Below the pieces are notes generated by a model. It searched no databases and was not told the origin of the DNA. It saw only the letters and a list, made by a program, of their open reading frames with translations. DNA of 64,000 bases, taken from assembly GCF_988242995.1 (NCBI RefSeq), contig NZ_OZ547043.1; one strand, 5' to 3'. Numbering within the stretch: position 1 is the stretch's first letter; every line of letters begins with the position of its first letter. The translations under genes and the position numbers were made by a program. Below are positions 1 to 9,672 of the stretch, one piece after another.

Positions 1-338
1 GTCAGGGACGTAAGCAGTCTTTTAGGCTGCCGCCAGTCGATACCTTCCAGCAGCATCGCCAGCTGCGCCTGCGTAAGGAACACTTTGCCATCCCGGGCTG
101 ACGGCCAGGCGAAGCGGCCGCGCTCCAGCAGTTTGGTCAGCAGATACAGTCCATCGCCGGTAGACCAGAGGAGCTTTACCTGACTGCCATTACGCCCACG
201 GAAGATAAAAACGTGACCTGACATCGGATCGTCTTTCAGCGTCGTCTGCACCTTTGCCGCCAGGCCGTTGAAGCCGTTTCTCATATCGGAGATGCCAGCG
301 ACCAGCCAGATCTTTGTCCCTGATGGTAATGGGATCAA
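1..338 (-). CDS. IS66-family TnpB (orf2) accessory protein, C-terminus cut by window edge
   Basis: Own translation of the reverse strand gives LIPLPSGTKIWLVAGISDMRNGFNGLAAKVQTTLKDDPMSGHVFIFRGRNGSQVKLLWSTGDGLYLLTKLLERGRFAWP..., recalled as the IS66 orf2 family; not in the ORF track because the frame runs off the window. Confidence 0.65.
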   Translation of the reverse strand, partial: MIPLPSGTKIWLVAGISDMRNGFNGLAAKVQTTLKDDPMSGHVFIFRGRNGSQVKLLWSTGDGLYLLTKLLERGRFAWPSARDGKVFLTQAQLAMLLEGIDWRQPKRLLTSL

Positions 339-754
339 CGTTTGAGCTCCCGTATCAGCAGGTTCAGGATATTTTCGCTGATGGCACCATTCAGACGGAG
401 TGATCCGTGCCGGAACGTCACTTCACAGCTGATATTGAGTGATTCAGGTGTCGCAGCAGCTACAGGTTGTGACCGGGGGGAGGTTGTAGGGACAACATCT
501 TCGGCATCAAGTGTTATCGGGAGCAGCTCAGGCACGTTGTTTTCTGTTGTTGAAGGAGGACGTAGTTTTCCTTCGCGCCAGTACTGGCGCCACTTGAACA
601 GCAAATTATCGTTGATCCCATGCTCACGAGCGAGTTGCGCTACGGAGATCTCTGGTCGATGCGAGAGTTCAACCATTTTGATTTTGAACTCCACGGGATA
701 ATTAGGGCTTTTTTTACGCACTGCGGTTAATGATTTTATGGATAGCGTCCACAT
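335..754 (-). CDS. IS66-family TnpA (orf1) helix-turn-helix protein
   Basis: 139-aa ORF immediately upstream of and overlapping the TnpB-like frame, typical IS66 orf1/orf2 arrangement. Confidence 0.55.
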   Translation of the reverse strand: MWTLSIKSLTAVRKKSPNYPVEFKIKMVELSHRPEISVAQLAREHGINDNLLFKWRQYWREGKLRPPSTTENNVPELLPITLDAEDVVPTTSPRSQPVAAATPESLNISCEVTFRHGSLRLNGAISENILNLLIRELKR

Positions 755-820
755 ATTTGGTGTCCACTATTCTCTCAGGAATTTCAGGATCTGCCAGACG
801 GTGCTGAGACGACGCTTACA

Positions 821-1603
821 TAATTTTTACGTTCAAGACAGTTGATTATCGGCGCATATGACTCAAAAAGAGCCTGATGATTGCCTCTTTTCCATAGGCT
901 CTTTCTCTGAAGTGAAGGAAGGCCCGGAAGAAAGCACTCGCTGGCATACGTGACTCCAGCTCAACCGGAGATAATCACCATTGTTATTTTTCTATTTAAT
1001 AATAATCTCCTGAAAAATAGATATAGCAAAAATACAATCCGGCCAGATTTAATTCCGCATTCATTACCAGAAACAATCAACACCACAACTATCATATCAT
1101 TCAATAGTAACTGCTAAAATTTTATTATTTCCCTCTTATTCACATAGAAATTGTCAACCTGTTTATTATGCCGCACTTAAATAGTTAATCACAAAACAAC
1201 ATCACCATTATTTGCGTGTTTTATTTATTAATAACATAGTCATACGTTCTTTTTTTACAAGGAAATAATCAATTGATAAATTGTTTTTGGTCTTAATAGT
1301 CAAGTAGGAAACATTTTAATAAATGATAAAAATCCTAAATTCCTTGTTCATAATGTAGGGGTGTGTTAAATAGGTGGGCAAAATTTGGTTCCCCTTCTCG
1401 CCTGTAATATTGCAGCATCTTCGCACCTCCATGAGACATTGCGACTTAATAAGAAGGTGATAAGTCCTGCATATAAGCATGGACTGACCATGGTTTTATA
1501 TTCATTAAAAATTTTGTTACAACCCATTGATTTAGCATAAATAAATTATAGTGGGTTCGGGTTTGTTGTGACTGTGGCATTATTTCCGTGCAAAGGAGCT
1601 GAT
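821..1603 (+). promoter_or_regulatory. AT-rich kps region 1 promoter / leader upstream of kpsF
   Basis: About 780 bp of roughly 30 percent GC non-coding DNA directly 5' of kpsF; candidate -10 CATAAT at 1349-1354. Region 1 promoters in group 2 capsule loci are known to lie about 0.2 kb upstream of kpsF and to be H-NS/SlyA/IHF controlled. Exact start site not determinable here. Confidence 0.4.
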
Positions 1604-2587
1604 ATGTCTGAAAGACATTTACCTGATGACCAGAGCAGTACTATCGATCCATATCTAATTACCTCTGTTCGCCAGACTCTGGCAGAACAAGGCGCAGCAT
1701 TACAAAACTTGTCTAAACAACTGGATTCCGGGCAGTACCAGCGTGTCCTTAATTTGATAATGAACTGTAAAGGTCACGTTATTCTTTCGGGAATGGGTAA
1801 ATCAGGGCATGTCGGTCGTAAAATGTCAGCGACGCTGGCCTCTACGGGTACGCCTAGTTTCTTTATTCATCCTGCAGAAGCTTTCCATGGCGATCTGGGC
1901 ATGATTACGCCTTACGATCTTCTGATCCTTATTTCTGCCAGCGGTGAAACGGATGAAATCCTCAAGCTAGTTCCTTCACTGAAAAATTTCGGCAACCGAA
2001 TTATCGCCATTACCAATAATGGAAATTCCACGCTGGCGAAAAATGCTGATGCCGTGCTGGAACTCCACATGGCGAATGAAACCTGCCCGAATAATCTTGC
2101 ACCAACAACGTCTACCACGCTGACGATGGCGATCGGCGATGCGCTGGCGATTGCCATGATCCACCAACGCAAATTTATGCCGAATGATTTTGCGCGCTAT
2201 CACCCGGGCGGTTCATTAGGTCGTCGCCTGCTGACCCGCGTTGCTGATGTCATGCTGCATGATGTTCCTGCTGTACAGCTGGATGCGTCATTTAAAACCG
2301 TGATTCAACGTATCACCAGCGGATGCCAGGGAATGGTGATGGTAGAAGACGCAGAAGGTGGGCTAGCGGGCATTATCACCGACGGTGACCTGCGTCGCTT
2401 TATGGAAAAAGAGGATTCTCTGACATCCGCCACGGCTGCGCAGATGATGACACGTGAACCGCTGACGCTACCGGAAGACACCATGATCATTGAAGCGGAA
2501 GAAAAAATGCAAAAGCACCGCGTCTCAACGTTATTGGTGACCAACAAGGCAAATAAAGTCACTGGCCTTGTGCGCATTTTCGACTAA
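1604..2587 (+). CDS. kpsF: KpsF, arabinose-5-phosphate isomerase (SIS + CBS domains)
   Basis: ORF-track protein with SIS motif and tandem CBS region; start moved to the ATG at 1604, which has an AAGGAG Shine-Dalgarno 6 bp upstream (track start 1568 is an upstream GTG). Confidence 0.9.
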   Translation: MSERHLPDDQSSTIDPYLITSVRQTLAEQGAALQNLSKQLDSGQYQRVLNLIMNCKGHVILSGMGKSGHVGRKMSATLASTGTPSFFIHPAEAFHGDLGMITPYDLLILISASGETDEILKLVPSLKNFGNRIIAITNNGNSTLAKNADAVLELHMANETCPNNLAPTTSTTLTMAIGDALAIAMIHQRKFMPNDFARYHPGGSLGRRLLTRVADVMLHDVPAVQLDASFKTVIQRITSGCQGMVMVEDAEGGLAGIITDGDLRRFMEKEDSLTSATAAQMMTREPLTLPEDTMIIEAEEKMQKHRVSTLLVTNKANKVTGLVRIFD

Positions 2588-2658
2588 TTAAGCAACGGGG
2601 TGCGAGAGGTTAGTCTCTCATTGAGTTTGCGCCCCACTGAAACTTTGATAATCGTTAC

Positions 2659-3807
2659 ATGTTGATAAAAGTGAAGTCTGCCGTATCCTGGATGCGTGCT
2701 CGTCTGTCTGCCATCTCACTGGCAGATATCCAAAAACACCTGGCGAAAATCATCATTCTGGCACCGATGGCGGTGCTGCTGATCTATCTGGCTATCTTCA
2801 GCCAGCCTCGCTATATGAGCGAGTCGAAAGTCGCCATTAAACGCTCGGATGATTTAAACAGCGGCAGCCTGAATTTTGGTCTGCTTCTGGGTGCCTCTAA
2901 CCCCAGTTCCGCAGAAGATGCGTTGTATCTGAAAGAGTACATCAACTCGCCGGATATGCTGGCGGCGCTGGATAAGCAACTAAATTTTCGTGAAGCGTTT
3001 AGCCACAGCGGGCTCGATTTTCTTAATCATCTTAGCAAGGATGAAACCGCAGAAGGCTTCCTGAAGTACTACAAGGACCGTATCAACGTCTCGTATGACG
3101 ATAAAACCGGATTACTGAATATTCAGACGCAGGGTTTTAGCCCGGAGTTTGCGCTTAAGTTTAACCAGACCGTGCTGAAAGAGTCAGAGCGCTTTATCAA
3201 TGAGATGTCACATCGCATCGCGCGTGACCAGCTTGCCTTTGCAGAAACGGAGATGGAAAAGGCACGCCAGCGTCTGGACGCCAGCAAAGCGGAATTGCTC
3301 TCTTATCAGGACAACAACAACGTTCTGGATCCACAGGCACAGGCACAGGCGGCGAGCACGTTAGTGAATACGCTGATGGGCCAGAAGATCCAGATGGAAG
3401 CGGACCTGCGGAACTTGCTGACGTATCTGCGTGAGGACGCCCCGCAAGTTGTGAGTGCGCGTAATGCGATTCAGTCATTGCAGGCACAAATTGACGAAGA
3501 AAAAAGCAAAATCACAGCGCCGCAGGGTGACAAGCTAAACCGTATGGCGGTGGATTTTGAAGAAATCAAATCAAAAGTAGAGTTCAACACCGAGCTGTAC
3601 AAACTGACCCTGACCTCCATTGAAAAGACCCGTGTAGAAGCGGCTCGTAAGCTCAAGGTGCTGTCAGTAATCAGTTCGCCACAGTTGCCGCAGGAATCGT
3701 CTTTTCCAAATATCCCTTATTTGATCGCCTGCTGGTTACTGGTGTGCTGCCTGCTGTTCGGCACCCTGAAACTGTTGCTGGCTGTTATTGAAGATCACCG
3801 AGACTAA
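2659..3807 (+). CDS. kpsE: KpsE, capsule export inner-membrane polysaccharide co-polymerase-like protein
   Basis: 382 aa, N- and C-terminal hydrophobic segments with a coiled-coil periplasmic domain; position between kpsF and kpsD. Confidence 0.9.
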   Translation: MLIKVKSAVSWMRARLSAISLADIQKHLAKIIILAPMAVLLIYLAIFSQPRYMSESKVAIKRSDDLNSGSLNFGLLLGASNPSSAEDALYLKEYINSPDMLAALDKQLNFREAFSHSGLDFLNHLSKDETAEGFLKYYKDRINVSYDDKTGLLNIQTQGFSPEFALKFNQTVLKESERFINEMSHRIARDQLAFAETEMEKARQRLDASKAELLSYQDNNNVLDPQAQAQAASTLVNTLMGQKIQMEADLRNLLTYLREDAPQVVSARNAIQSLQAQIDEEKSKITAPQGDKLNRMAVDFEEIKSKVEFNTELYKLTLTSIEKTRVEAARKLKVLSVISSPQLPQESSFPNIPYLIACWLLVCCLLFGTLKLLLAVIEDHRD

Positions 3808-3827
3808 CGCTGTCGCTGAATGAGTTT

Positions 3828-5507
3828 GTGATGAAATTATTTAAATCAATTTTACTGATTGCCGCCTGTCACGCGGCGCAGGCCAGCGCGGCCATTGATA
3901 TTAACGCTGACCCAAACCTTACAGGAGCCGCGCCGCTTACCGGTATTCTGAACGGGCAACAGTCGGATACGCAAAACATGAGCGGCTTCGACAATACCCC
4001 GCCGCCCGCACCGCCGGTGGTAATGAGCCGTATGTTTGGTGCTCAACTTTTCAACGGCACCAGCGCGGATAGCGGTGCGACGGTAGGATTCAACCCTGAC
4101 TATATTCTGAATCCGGGTGATAGCATTCAGGTTCGCTTGTGGGGTGCGTTCACCTTTGATGGTGCATTACAGATTGATCCCAAAGGTAATATTTTTCTGC
4201 CAAACGTTGGTCCGGTGAAAGTTGCCGGGGTTAGCAATAGTCAGTTGAACACTCTGGTTACATCAAAAGTGAAGGAAGTGTACCAGTCCAACGTCAACGT
4301 CTACGCCTCCTTATTACAGGCGCAGCCAGTAAAAGTGTACGTGACCGGATTTGTGCGTAATCCTGGTCTGTATGGCGGTGTGACGTCTGATTCGTTACTC
4401 AATTATCTGATCAAGGCTGGCGGCGTTGATCCAGAGCGCGGAAGTTACGTTGATATTGTGGTCAAGCGCGGTAACCGCGTGCGCTCCAACGTCAACCTGT
4501 ACGACTTCCTGCTGAACGGCAAACTGGGGCTTTCGCAGTTCGCCGATGGTGACACCATCATCGTCGGGCCGCGTCAGCATACTTTCAGCGTTCAGGGCGA
4601 TGTCTTTAACAGCTACGACTTTGAGTTCCGCGAAAGCAGCATTCCCGTAACGGAAGCGTTGAGCTGGGCGCGCCCTAAGCCTGGCGCGACTCACATTACG
4701 ATTATGCGTAAACAGGGGCTGCAAAAACGCAGCGAATACTATCCGATCAGTTCTGCGCCAGGCCGTATGTTGCAAAATGGCGATACCTTAATCGTGAGCA
4801 CTGACCGCTATGCCGGCACCATTCAGGTGCGGGTTGAAGGCGCACACTCCGGTGAACATGCCATGGTACTGCCTTATGGTTCCACTATGCGTGCGGTTCT
4901 GGAAAAAGTCCGTCCGAACAGCATGTCGCAGATGAACGCGGTTCAGCTTTATCGCCCATCAGTGGCTCAGCGTCAGAAAGAGATGCTGAATCTCTCGCTG
5001 CAAAAGCTGGAGGAAGCATCACTTTCTGCCCAGTCATCCACCAAAGAAGAAGCCAGCCTGCGAATGCAGGAAGCACAACTGATCAGCCGCTTTGTGGCGA
5101 AAGCACGCACCGTGGTTCCGAAAGGTGAAGTGATCCTCAACGAATCCAATATTGATTCTGTTCTGCTTGAAGATGGCGACGTCATCAATATTCCGGAGAA
5201 AACATCGCTGGTTATGGTTCATGGCGAAGTGCTGTTCCCGAACGCGGTGAGCTGGCAGAAGGGTATGACCACCGAGGATTACATCGAGAAATGTGGTGGC
5301 CTGACGCAAAAATCGGGTAACGCCAGAATTATCGTCATTCGTCAGAACGGTGCAGCCGTCAACGCAGAAGATGTGGATTCACTCAAACCGGGCGATGAGA
5401 TTATGGTTCTGCCGAAATATGAATCGAAAAATATTGAAGTTACCCGTGGTATTTCCACCATCCTCTATCAGCTGGCGGTGGGTGCAAAAGTGATTCTGTC
5501 TTTGTAA
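3828..5507 (+). CDS. kpsD: KpsD, capsule export outer-membrane/periplasmic protein
   Basis: 559 aa with N-terminal signal peptide (MMKLFKSILLIAACHAAQASAA); conserved position in region 1. Confidence 0.9.
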   Translation: MMKLFKSILLIAACHAAQASAAIDINADPNLTGAAPLTGILNGQQSDTQNMSGFDNTPPPAPPVVMSRMFGAQLFNGTSADSGATVGFNPDYILNPGDSIQVRLWGAFTFDGALQIDPKGNIFLPNVGPVKVAGVSNSQLNTLVTSKVKEVYQSNVNVYASLLQAQPVKVYVTGFVRNPGLYGGVTSDSLLNYLIKAGGVDPERGSYVDIVVKRGNRVRSNVNLYDFLLNGKLGLSQFADGDTIIVGPRQHTFSVQGDVFNSYDFEFRESSIPVTEALSWARPKPGATHITIMRKQGLQKRSEYYPISSAPGRMLQNGDTLIVSTDRYAGTIQVRVEGAHSGEHAMVLPYGSTMRAVLEKVRPNSMSQMNAVQLYRPSVAQRQKEMLNLSLQKLEEASLSAQSSTKEEASLRMQEAQLISRFVAKARTVVPKGEVILNESNIDSVLLEDGDVINIPEKTSLVMVHGEVLFPNAVSWQKGMTTEDYIEKCGGLTQKSGNARIIVIRQNGAAVNAEDVDSLKPGDEIMVLPKYESKNIEVTRGISTILYQLAVGAKVILSL

Positions 5508-5516
5508 GGAGTTGAG

Positions 5517-6257
5517 ATGAGCAAAGCAGTTATTGTCATTCCGGCTCGCTATGGCTCCTCGCGCCTGCCGGGTAAGCCACTGCTCGATATTGTTGGTAAA
5601 CCGATGATCCAGCATGTTTACGAGCGTGCGTTACAGGTGGCGGGCGTCGCAGAAGTTTGGGTGGCAACAGACGATCAGCGTGTTGAAAAGGCCGTGCAGG
5701 CATTTGGCGGGAAAGCCATCATGACGCGCAACGATCATGAATCCGGCACCGATCGGCTGGTCGAGGTGATGCATAAAGTCGAGGCAGATATCTACATTAA
5801 CCTGCAGGGCGACGAACCAATGATTCGCCCGCGGGATGTAGAAACGCTGCTACAAGGAATGCGTGATGATCCCGCGTTGCCAGTGGCAACGCTATGCCAC
5901 GCGATTTCTGCCGAAGAAGCGACCGAGCCAAGCACGGTAAAAGTAGTGGTAAATACCCGCCAGGATGCGCTTTATTTCAGCCGTTCGCCGATTCCGTATC
6001 CGCGTAATGCTGAAAAAGCGCGCTACCTGAAACACGTTGGTATTTACGCTTATCGTCGCGATGTGCTGCAAAACTACAGTCAGTTACCAAGGACGGCATT
6101 AAGTCAAATCGAGGAACTGGAGCAGCTACGGTTAATGAACGCGGGGATCAACATTCGCACATTTGAGGTTGCCGCAACCGGTCCGGGCGTCGACACCCCG
6201 GCATGCCTTGAAAAGGTGCGTGCCCTGATGGCGCAAGAACTGGCTGAAAACGCATGA
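5517..6257 (+). CDS. kpsU: KpsU, CMP-Kdo synthetase (capsule-specific KdsB paralogue)
   Basis: 246 aa, N-terminal [15 protein letters not shown] nucleotidyltransferase motif; ATGA overlap with kpsC. Confidence 0.9.
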   Translation: MSKAVIVIPARYGSSRLPGKPLLDIVGKPMIQHVYERALQVAGVAEVWVATDDQRVEKAVQAFGGKAIMTRNDHESGTDRLVEVMHKVEADIYINLQGDEPMIRPRDVETLLQGMRDDPALPVATLCHAISAEEATEPSTVKVVVNTRQDALYFSRSPIPYPRNAEKARYLKHVGIYAYRRDVLQNYSQLPRTALSQIEELEQLRLMNAGINIRTFEVAATGPGVDTPACLEKVRALMAQELAENA

Positions 6258-8281
6258 TTGGCATTTACTCGCCTGGCATCTGGCGTATTCCGCATCTGGA
6301 GAAATTTCTGGCACAACCGTGCCAGAAACTTTCTCTGCTGCGTCCTGTTCCGCAAAACGTCGATGCTATCGCCGTGTGGGGACATCGTCCCAGCGCGGCG
6401 AAACCAGTCGCCATCGCCAAAGCAGCGGGAAAACCCGTCATTCGTCTGGAAGATGGATTTGTGCGTTCGCTGGATCTTGGCGTCAATGGCGAGCCGCCGC
6501 TTTCTCTGGTGGTGGATGATTGTGGCATTTACTACGATGCCAGCAAGCCTTCAGCACTGGAGAAACTGGTACAGGATAAAGCCGGAAATACAGCTCTGAT
6601 AAGCCAGGCCAGAGAAGCGATGCACACCATCGTGACCGGGGATTTGTCGAAATATAACCTGGCACCTGCGTTTGTGGCTGATGAGTCAGAACGTTCAGAC
6701 ATCGTTCTGGTTGTCGATCAGACATTTAATGATATGTCAGTGACGTATGGCAATGCTGGCCCGCATGAGTTTGCTGCCATGCTGGAAGCCGCGATGGCGG
6801 AAAATCCTCAAGCCGAAATTTGGGTGAAGGTGCACCCAGATGTACTGGAAGGAAAGAAAACAGGTTATTTCGCCGATCTGCGCGCCACGCAACGAGTACG
6901 TTTAATTGCCGAGAATGTCAGCCCGCAGTCGCTGTTGCGACACGTTTCCCGGGTTTACGTCGTGACCTCCCAGTACGGCTTTGAAGCCTTGCTGGCAGGA
7001 AAACCGGTGACATGCTTCGGCCAGCCCTGGTATGCAGGCTGGGGCTTAACCGACGATCGCCATCCGCAGTCCGCTTTGTTATCTGCCCGACGCGGTTCTG
7101 CCACGCTGGAGGAACTTTTTGCCGCTGCATACCTGCGTTACTGTCGCTATATCGATCCGCAAACGGGAGAAGTAAGCGATCTATTTACCGTGCTGCAATG
7201 GCTGCAATTACAACGTCGACATCTGCAACAGCGTAATGGTTATTTATGGGCGCCAGGCTTAACGCTGTGGAAGTCGGCAATCCTGAAACCTTTCTTGCGT
7301 ACCGCAACAAACAGACTGAGTTATTCACGCCGTTGTACTGCGGCGACGGCTTGCGTGGTATGGGGTGTAAAGGGAGAACAGCAATGGCGAGCCGAAGCGC
7401 AACAAAAATCACTGCCGTTATGGCGAATGGAAGATGGTTTTCTGCGTTCATCCGGACTTGGCTCTGACCTGCTGCCGCCGCTATCGTTGGTACTGGATAA
7501 ACGCGGGATCTACTATGACGCCACGCGCCCCAGCGACCTGGAAGTCCTGCTTAATCACAGCCAGTTAACGCTGGCGCAGCAGATGCGAGCTGAAAAATTA
7601 CGCCAGCGACTGGTTGAAAGCAAACTGAGCAAATACAACCTAGGGGCCGATTTTTCTCTGCCTGCCGAGGCCAAAGATAAAAAAGTTATCCTGGTGCCGG
7701 GTCAGGTAGAAGACGATGCCTCGATTAAAACCGGCACAGTCTCGATTAAGAGCAACCTTGAGTTATTACGCACAGTACGCGAGCGTAATCCGCACGCTTA
7801 CATTATTTATAAACCGCACCCGGATGTACTGGTGGGGAATCGCAAGGGCGATATTTCGGCAGAATTGACTGCTGAACTTGCTGACTATCAGGCACTGGAC
7901 GCAGATATTATTCAATGCATTCAGCGCGCAGATGAAGTGCACACCATGACATCATTGTCCGGGTTTGAAGCGTTATTACATGGCAAGCAAGTTCATTGTT
8001 ACGGCCTGCCCTTCTATGCCGGTTGGGGTTTAACCGTCGATGAACATCACTGCCCGCGCCGCGAACAAAAATTAACGTTAGCAGATTTGATCTATCAGGC
8101 GTTGATTGTTTATCCAACCTATATCCACCCAACACGGCTACAACCTATTACGGTTGAAGAGGCGGCGGAATATTTGATCCAGACGCCGCGCAAGCCGATG
8201 TTTATTACCCGAAAAAAAGCGGGGCGAGTAATACGCTATTACCGCAAATTAATTATGTTCTGCAAGGTCAGATTTGGCTAA
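6254..8281 (+). CDS. kpsC: KpsC, tandem beta-Kdo transferase building the capsule glycolipid anchor
   Basis: 675 aa with two repeated modules each containing an HPD motif ([22 protein letters not shown]) and a conserved GxEALLxGKxVxCxGxPxYAGWGLT block. Confidence 0.9.
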   Translation: MIGIYSPGIWRIPHLEKFLAQPCQKLSLLRPVPQNVDAIAVWGHRPSAAKPVAIAKAAGKPVIRLEDGFVRSLDLGVNGEPPLSLVVDDCGIYYDASKPSALEKLVQDKAGNTALISQAREAMHTIVTGDLSKYNLAPAFVADESERSDIVLVVDQTFNDMSVTYGNAGPHEFAAMLEAAMAENPQAEIWVKVHPDVLEGKKTGYFADLRATQRVRLIAENVSPQSLLRHVSRVYVVTSQYGFEALLAGKPVTCFGQPWYAGWGLTDDRHPQSALLSARRGSATLEELFAAAYLRYCRYIDPQTGEVSDLFTVLQWLQLQRRHLQQRNGYLWAPGLTLWKSAILKPFLRTATNRLSYSRRCTAATACVVWGVKGEQQWRAEAQQKSLPLWRMEDGFLRSSGLGSDLLPPLSLVLDKRGIYYDATRPSDLEVLLNHSQLTLAQQMRAEKLRQRLVESKLSKYNLGADFSLPAEAKDKKVILVPGQVEDDASIKTGTVSIKSNLELLRTVRERNPHAYIIYKPHPDVLVGNRKGDISAELTAELADYQALDADIIQCIQRADEVHTMTSLSGFEALLHGKQVHCYGLPFYAGWGLTVDEHHCPRREQKLTLADLIYQALIVYPTYIHPTRLQPITVEEAAEYLIQTPRKPMFITRKKAGRVIRYYRKLIMFCKVRFG

Positions 8282-8315
8282 ACAATTTCATAGTTGACTA
8301 TTACGCAAATTATTT

Positions 8316-9563
8316 ATGCAAGACAACGCACTAACCATTTTATTATCGGGTAAAAAATATCTGCTATTGCAGGGGCCAATGGGACCCTTTTTCAATGACG
8401 TCGCCGAATGGTTAGAGTCATTAGGCCGTAACGCTGTGAATGTTGTCTTCAACGGCGGGGATCGTTTTTACTGCCGCCATCGACAATACCAGGCTTACTA
8501 CCAAACGCCGAAAGAGTTTCCCGGTTGGCTGCGAGATCTCCACCGACAATATGACTCTGATACCATCCTCTGCTTTGGTGACTGCCGCCCATTGCACAAA
8601 GAAGCAAAACGCTGGGCAAAGTCGAAAGGGATCCGCTTTCTGGCATTTGAAGAAGGATATTTACGCCCGCAATTTATAACCGTTGAAGAAGGCGGAGTGA
8701 ACGCATATTCATCGCTACCGCGCGACCCGGATTTTTATCGTAAGTTGCCAGATATGCCTGCGCCGCACGTTGAGAACTTAAAACCTTCAACGATGAAACG
8801 TATAGGTCATGCGATGTGGTATTACCTGATGGGTTGGCATTACCGTCATGAGTTCCCTCGCTACCGCCACCACAAATCATTTTCCCCGTGGTATGAAGCT
8901 CGTTGCTGGGTTCGTGCATACTGGCGCAAGCAACTTTACAAGGTAACACAGCGTAAGGTATTGCCGAGGTTAATGAATGAGCTGGATCAGCGTTATTATC
9001 TTGCCGTTTTGCAGGTGTATAACGATAGCCAGATTCGTAACCACAGCAATTATAACGATGTGCGTGACTATATTAATGAAGTCATGTACTCATTTTCGCG
9101 TAAAGCGCCAAAAGAAAGTTATTTGGTGATCAAACATCATCCGATGGATCGTGGTCACAGACTCTATCGACCATTAATTAAGCGGTTGAGTAAGGAATAT
9201 GGCTTAGGTGAGCGCGTCATTTATGTGCACGATCTCCCGATGCCGGAATTATTACGCCACGCAAAAGCGGTGGTGACGATTAACAGTACGGCGGGGATCT
9301 CTGCGTTGATTCATAATAAACCACTTAAAGTGATGGGCAATGCCCTGTACGACATCAAAGGCTTAACGTATCAAGGGCATTTGCACCAGTTCTGGCAGGC
9401 CGATTTTAAACCGGATATGAAACTGTTTAAGAAGTTTCGGGGGTATTTATTGATGAAGACGCAGGTTAATGCGGTTTATTATGGGGGAGTAAGCATTGGA
9501 GAAAAAAATAGGTATGAAAGTGATTACTCCTATTATTCAAAGAAACCGCATCATAATGACTAA
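8316..9563 (+). CDS. kpsS: KpsS, beta-Kdo transferase initiating the capsule glycolipid anchor
   Basis: 415 aa with KHHPMDRG and VVTINSTAGISALIHNKPLKVMGNALYD motifs; last gene of region 1. Confidence 0.85.
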   Translation: MQDNALTILLSGKKYLLLQGPMGPFFNDVAEWLESLGRNAVNVVFNGGDRFYCRHRQYQAYYQTPKEFPGWLRDLHRQYDSDTILCFGDCRPLHKEAKRWAKSKGIRFLAFEEGYLRPQFITVEEGGVNAYSSLPRDPDFYRKLPDMPAPHVENLKPSTMKRIGHAMWYYLMGWHYRHEFPRYRHHKSFSPWYEARCWVRAYWRKQLYKVTQRKVLPRLMNELDQRYYLAVLQVYNDSQIRNHSNYNDVRDYINEVMYSFSRKAPKESYLVIKHHPMDRGHRLYRPLIKRLSKEYGLGERVIYVHDLPMPELLRHAKAVVTINSTAGISALIHNKPLKVMGNALYDIKGLTYQGHLHQFWQADFKPDMKLFKKFRGYLLMKTQVNAVYYGGVSIGEKNRYESDYSYYSKKPHHND

Positions 9564-9672
9564 TAATTAGATAATCTACTAATTTTAATCAAAAAAAATA
9601 ATTATGTAAAACTAACTATATGGATTAATGTGTTCATTATCTTTAGTTGCTAAAAATTAGCAAGTTATATAT

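Larger units (their letters stand above)
1..820 (-). mobile_element. IS66-family insertion sequence, partial (one terminus at about 820; remainder runs off the window start)
   Basis: Minus-strand orfA and orfB with overlapping stop/start (TTG start overlapping TGA at 335-338); terminal sequence TGTAAGCGTCGTCTCAGC (reverse complement of 803-820) resembles IS66-family inverted repeat ends. Confidence 0.6.

Noticed and set aside
1568-1603. Upstream extension of kpsF in the ORF track (GTG start at 1568)
   Set aside because: An AAGGAG ribosome-binding site precedes the ATG at 1604, and the extension adds a non-conserved hydrophobic peptide.
2588-2658. GGGGTGCGA...TTGCGCCCC imperfect palindrome after kpsF
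   Set aside because: It is not followed by a T-tract, and kpsE is expected to be co-transcribed with kpsF; at most a minor attenuator.
1912-8949. Numerous 60 to 130 aa ORFs antisense to or out of frame within kpsF, kpsE, kpsD, kpsC and kpsS
   Set aside because: Each is fully embedded in a longer, well-supported gene; they are typical of stop-poor alternative frames and have no independent evidence.
9564-9672. Inverted repeat TTGCTAA...TTAGCAA between convergent kpsS and region 2
   Set aside because: A 7-bp AT-rich stem in a 30 percent GC spacer is expected by chance and would be thermodynamically weak; not called as a terminator.
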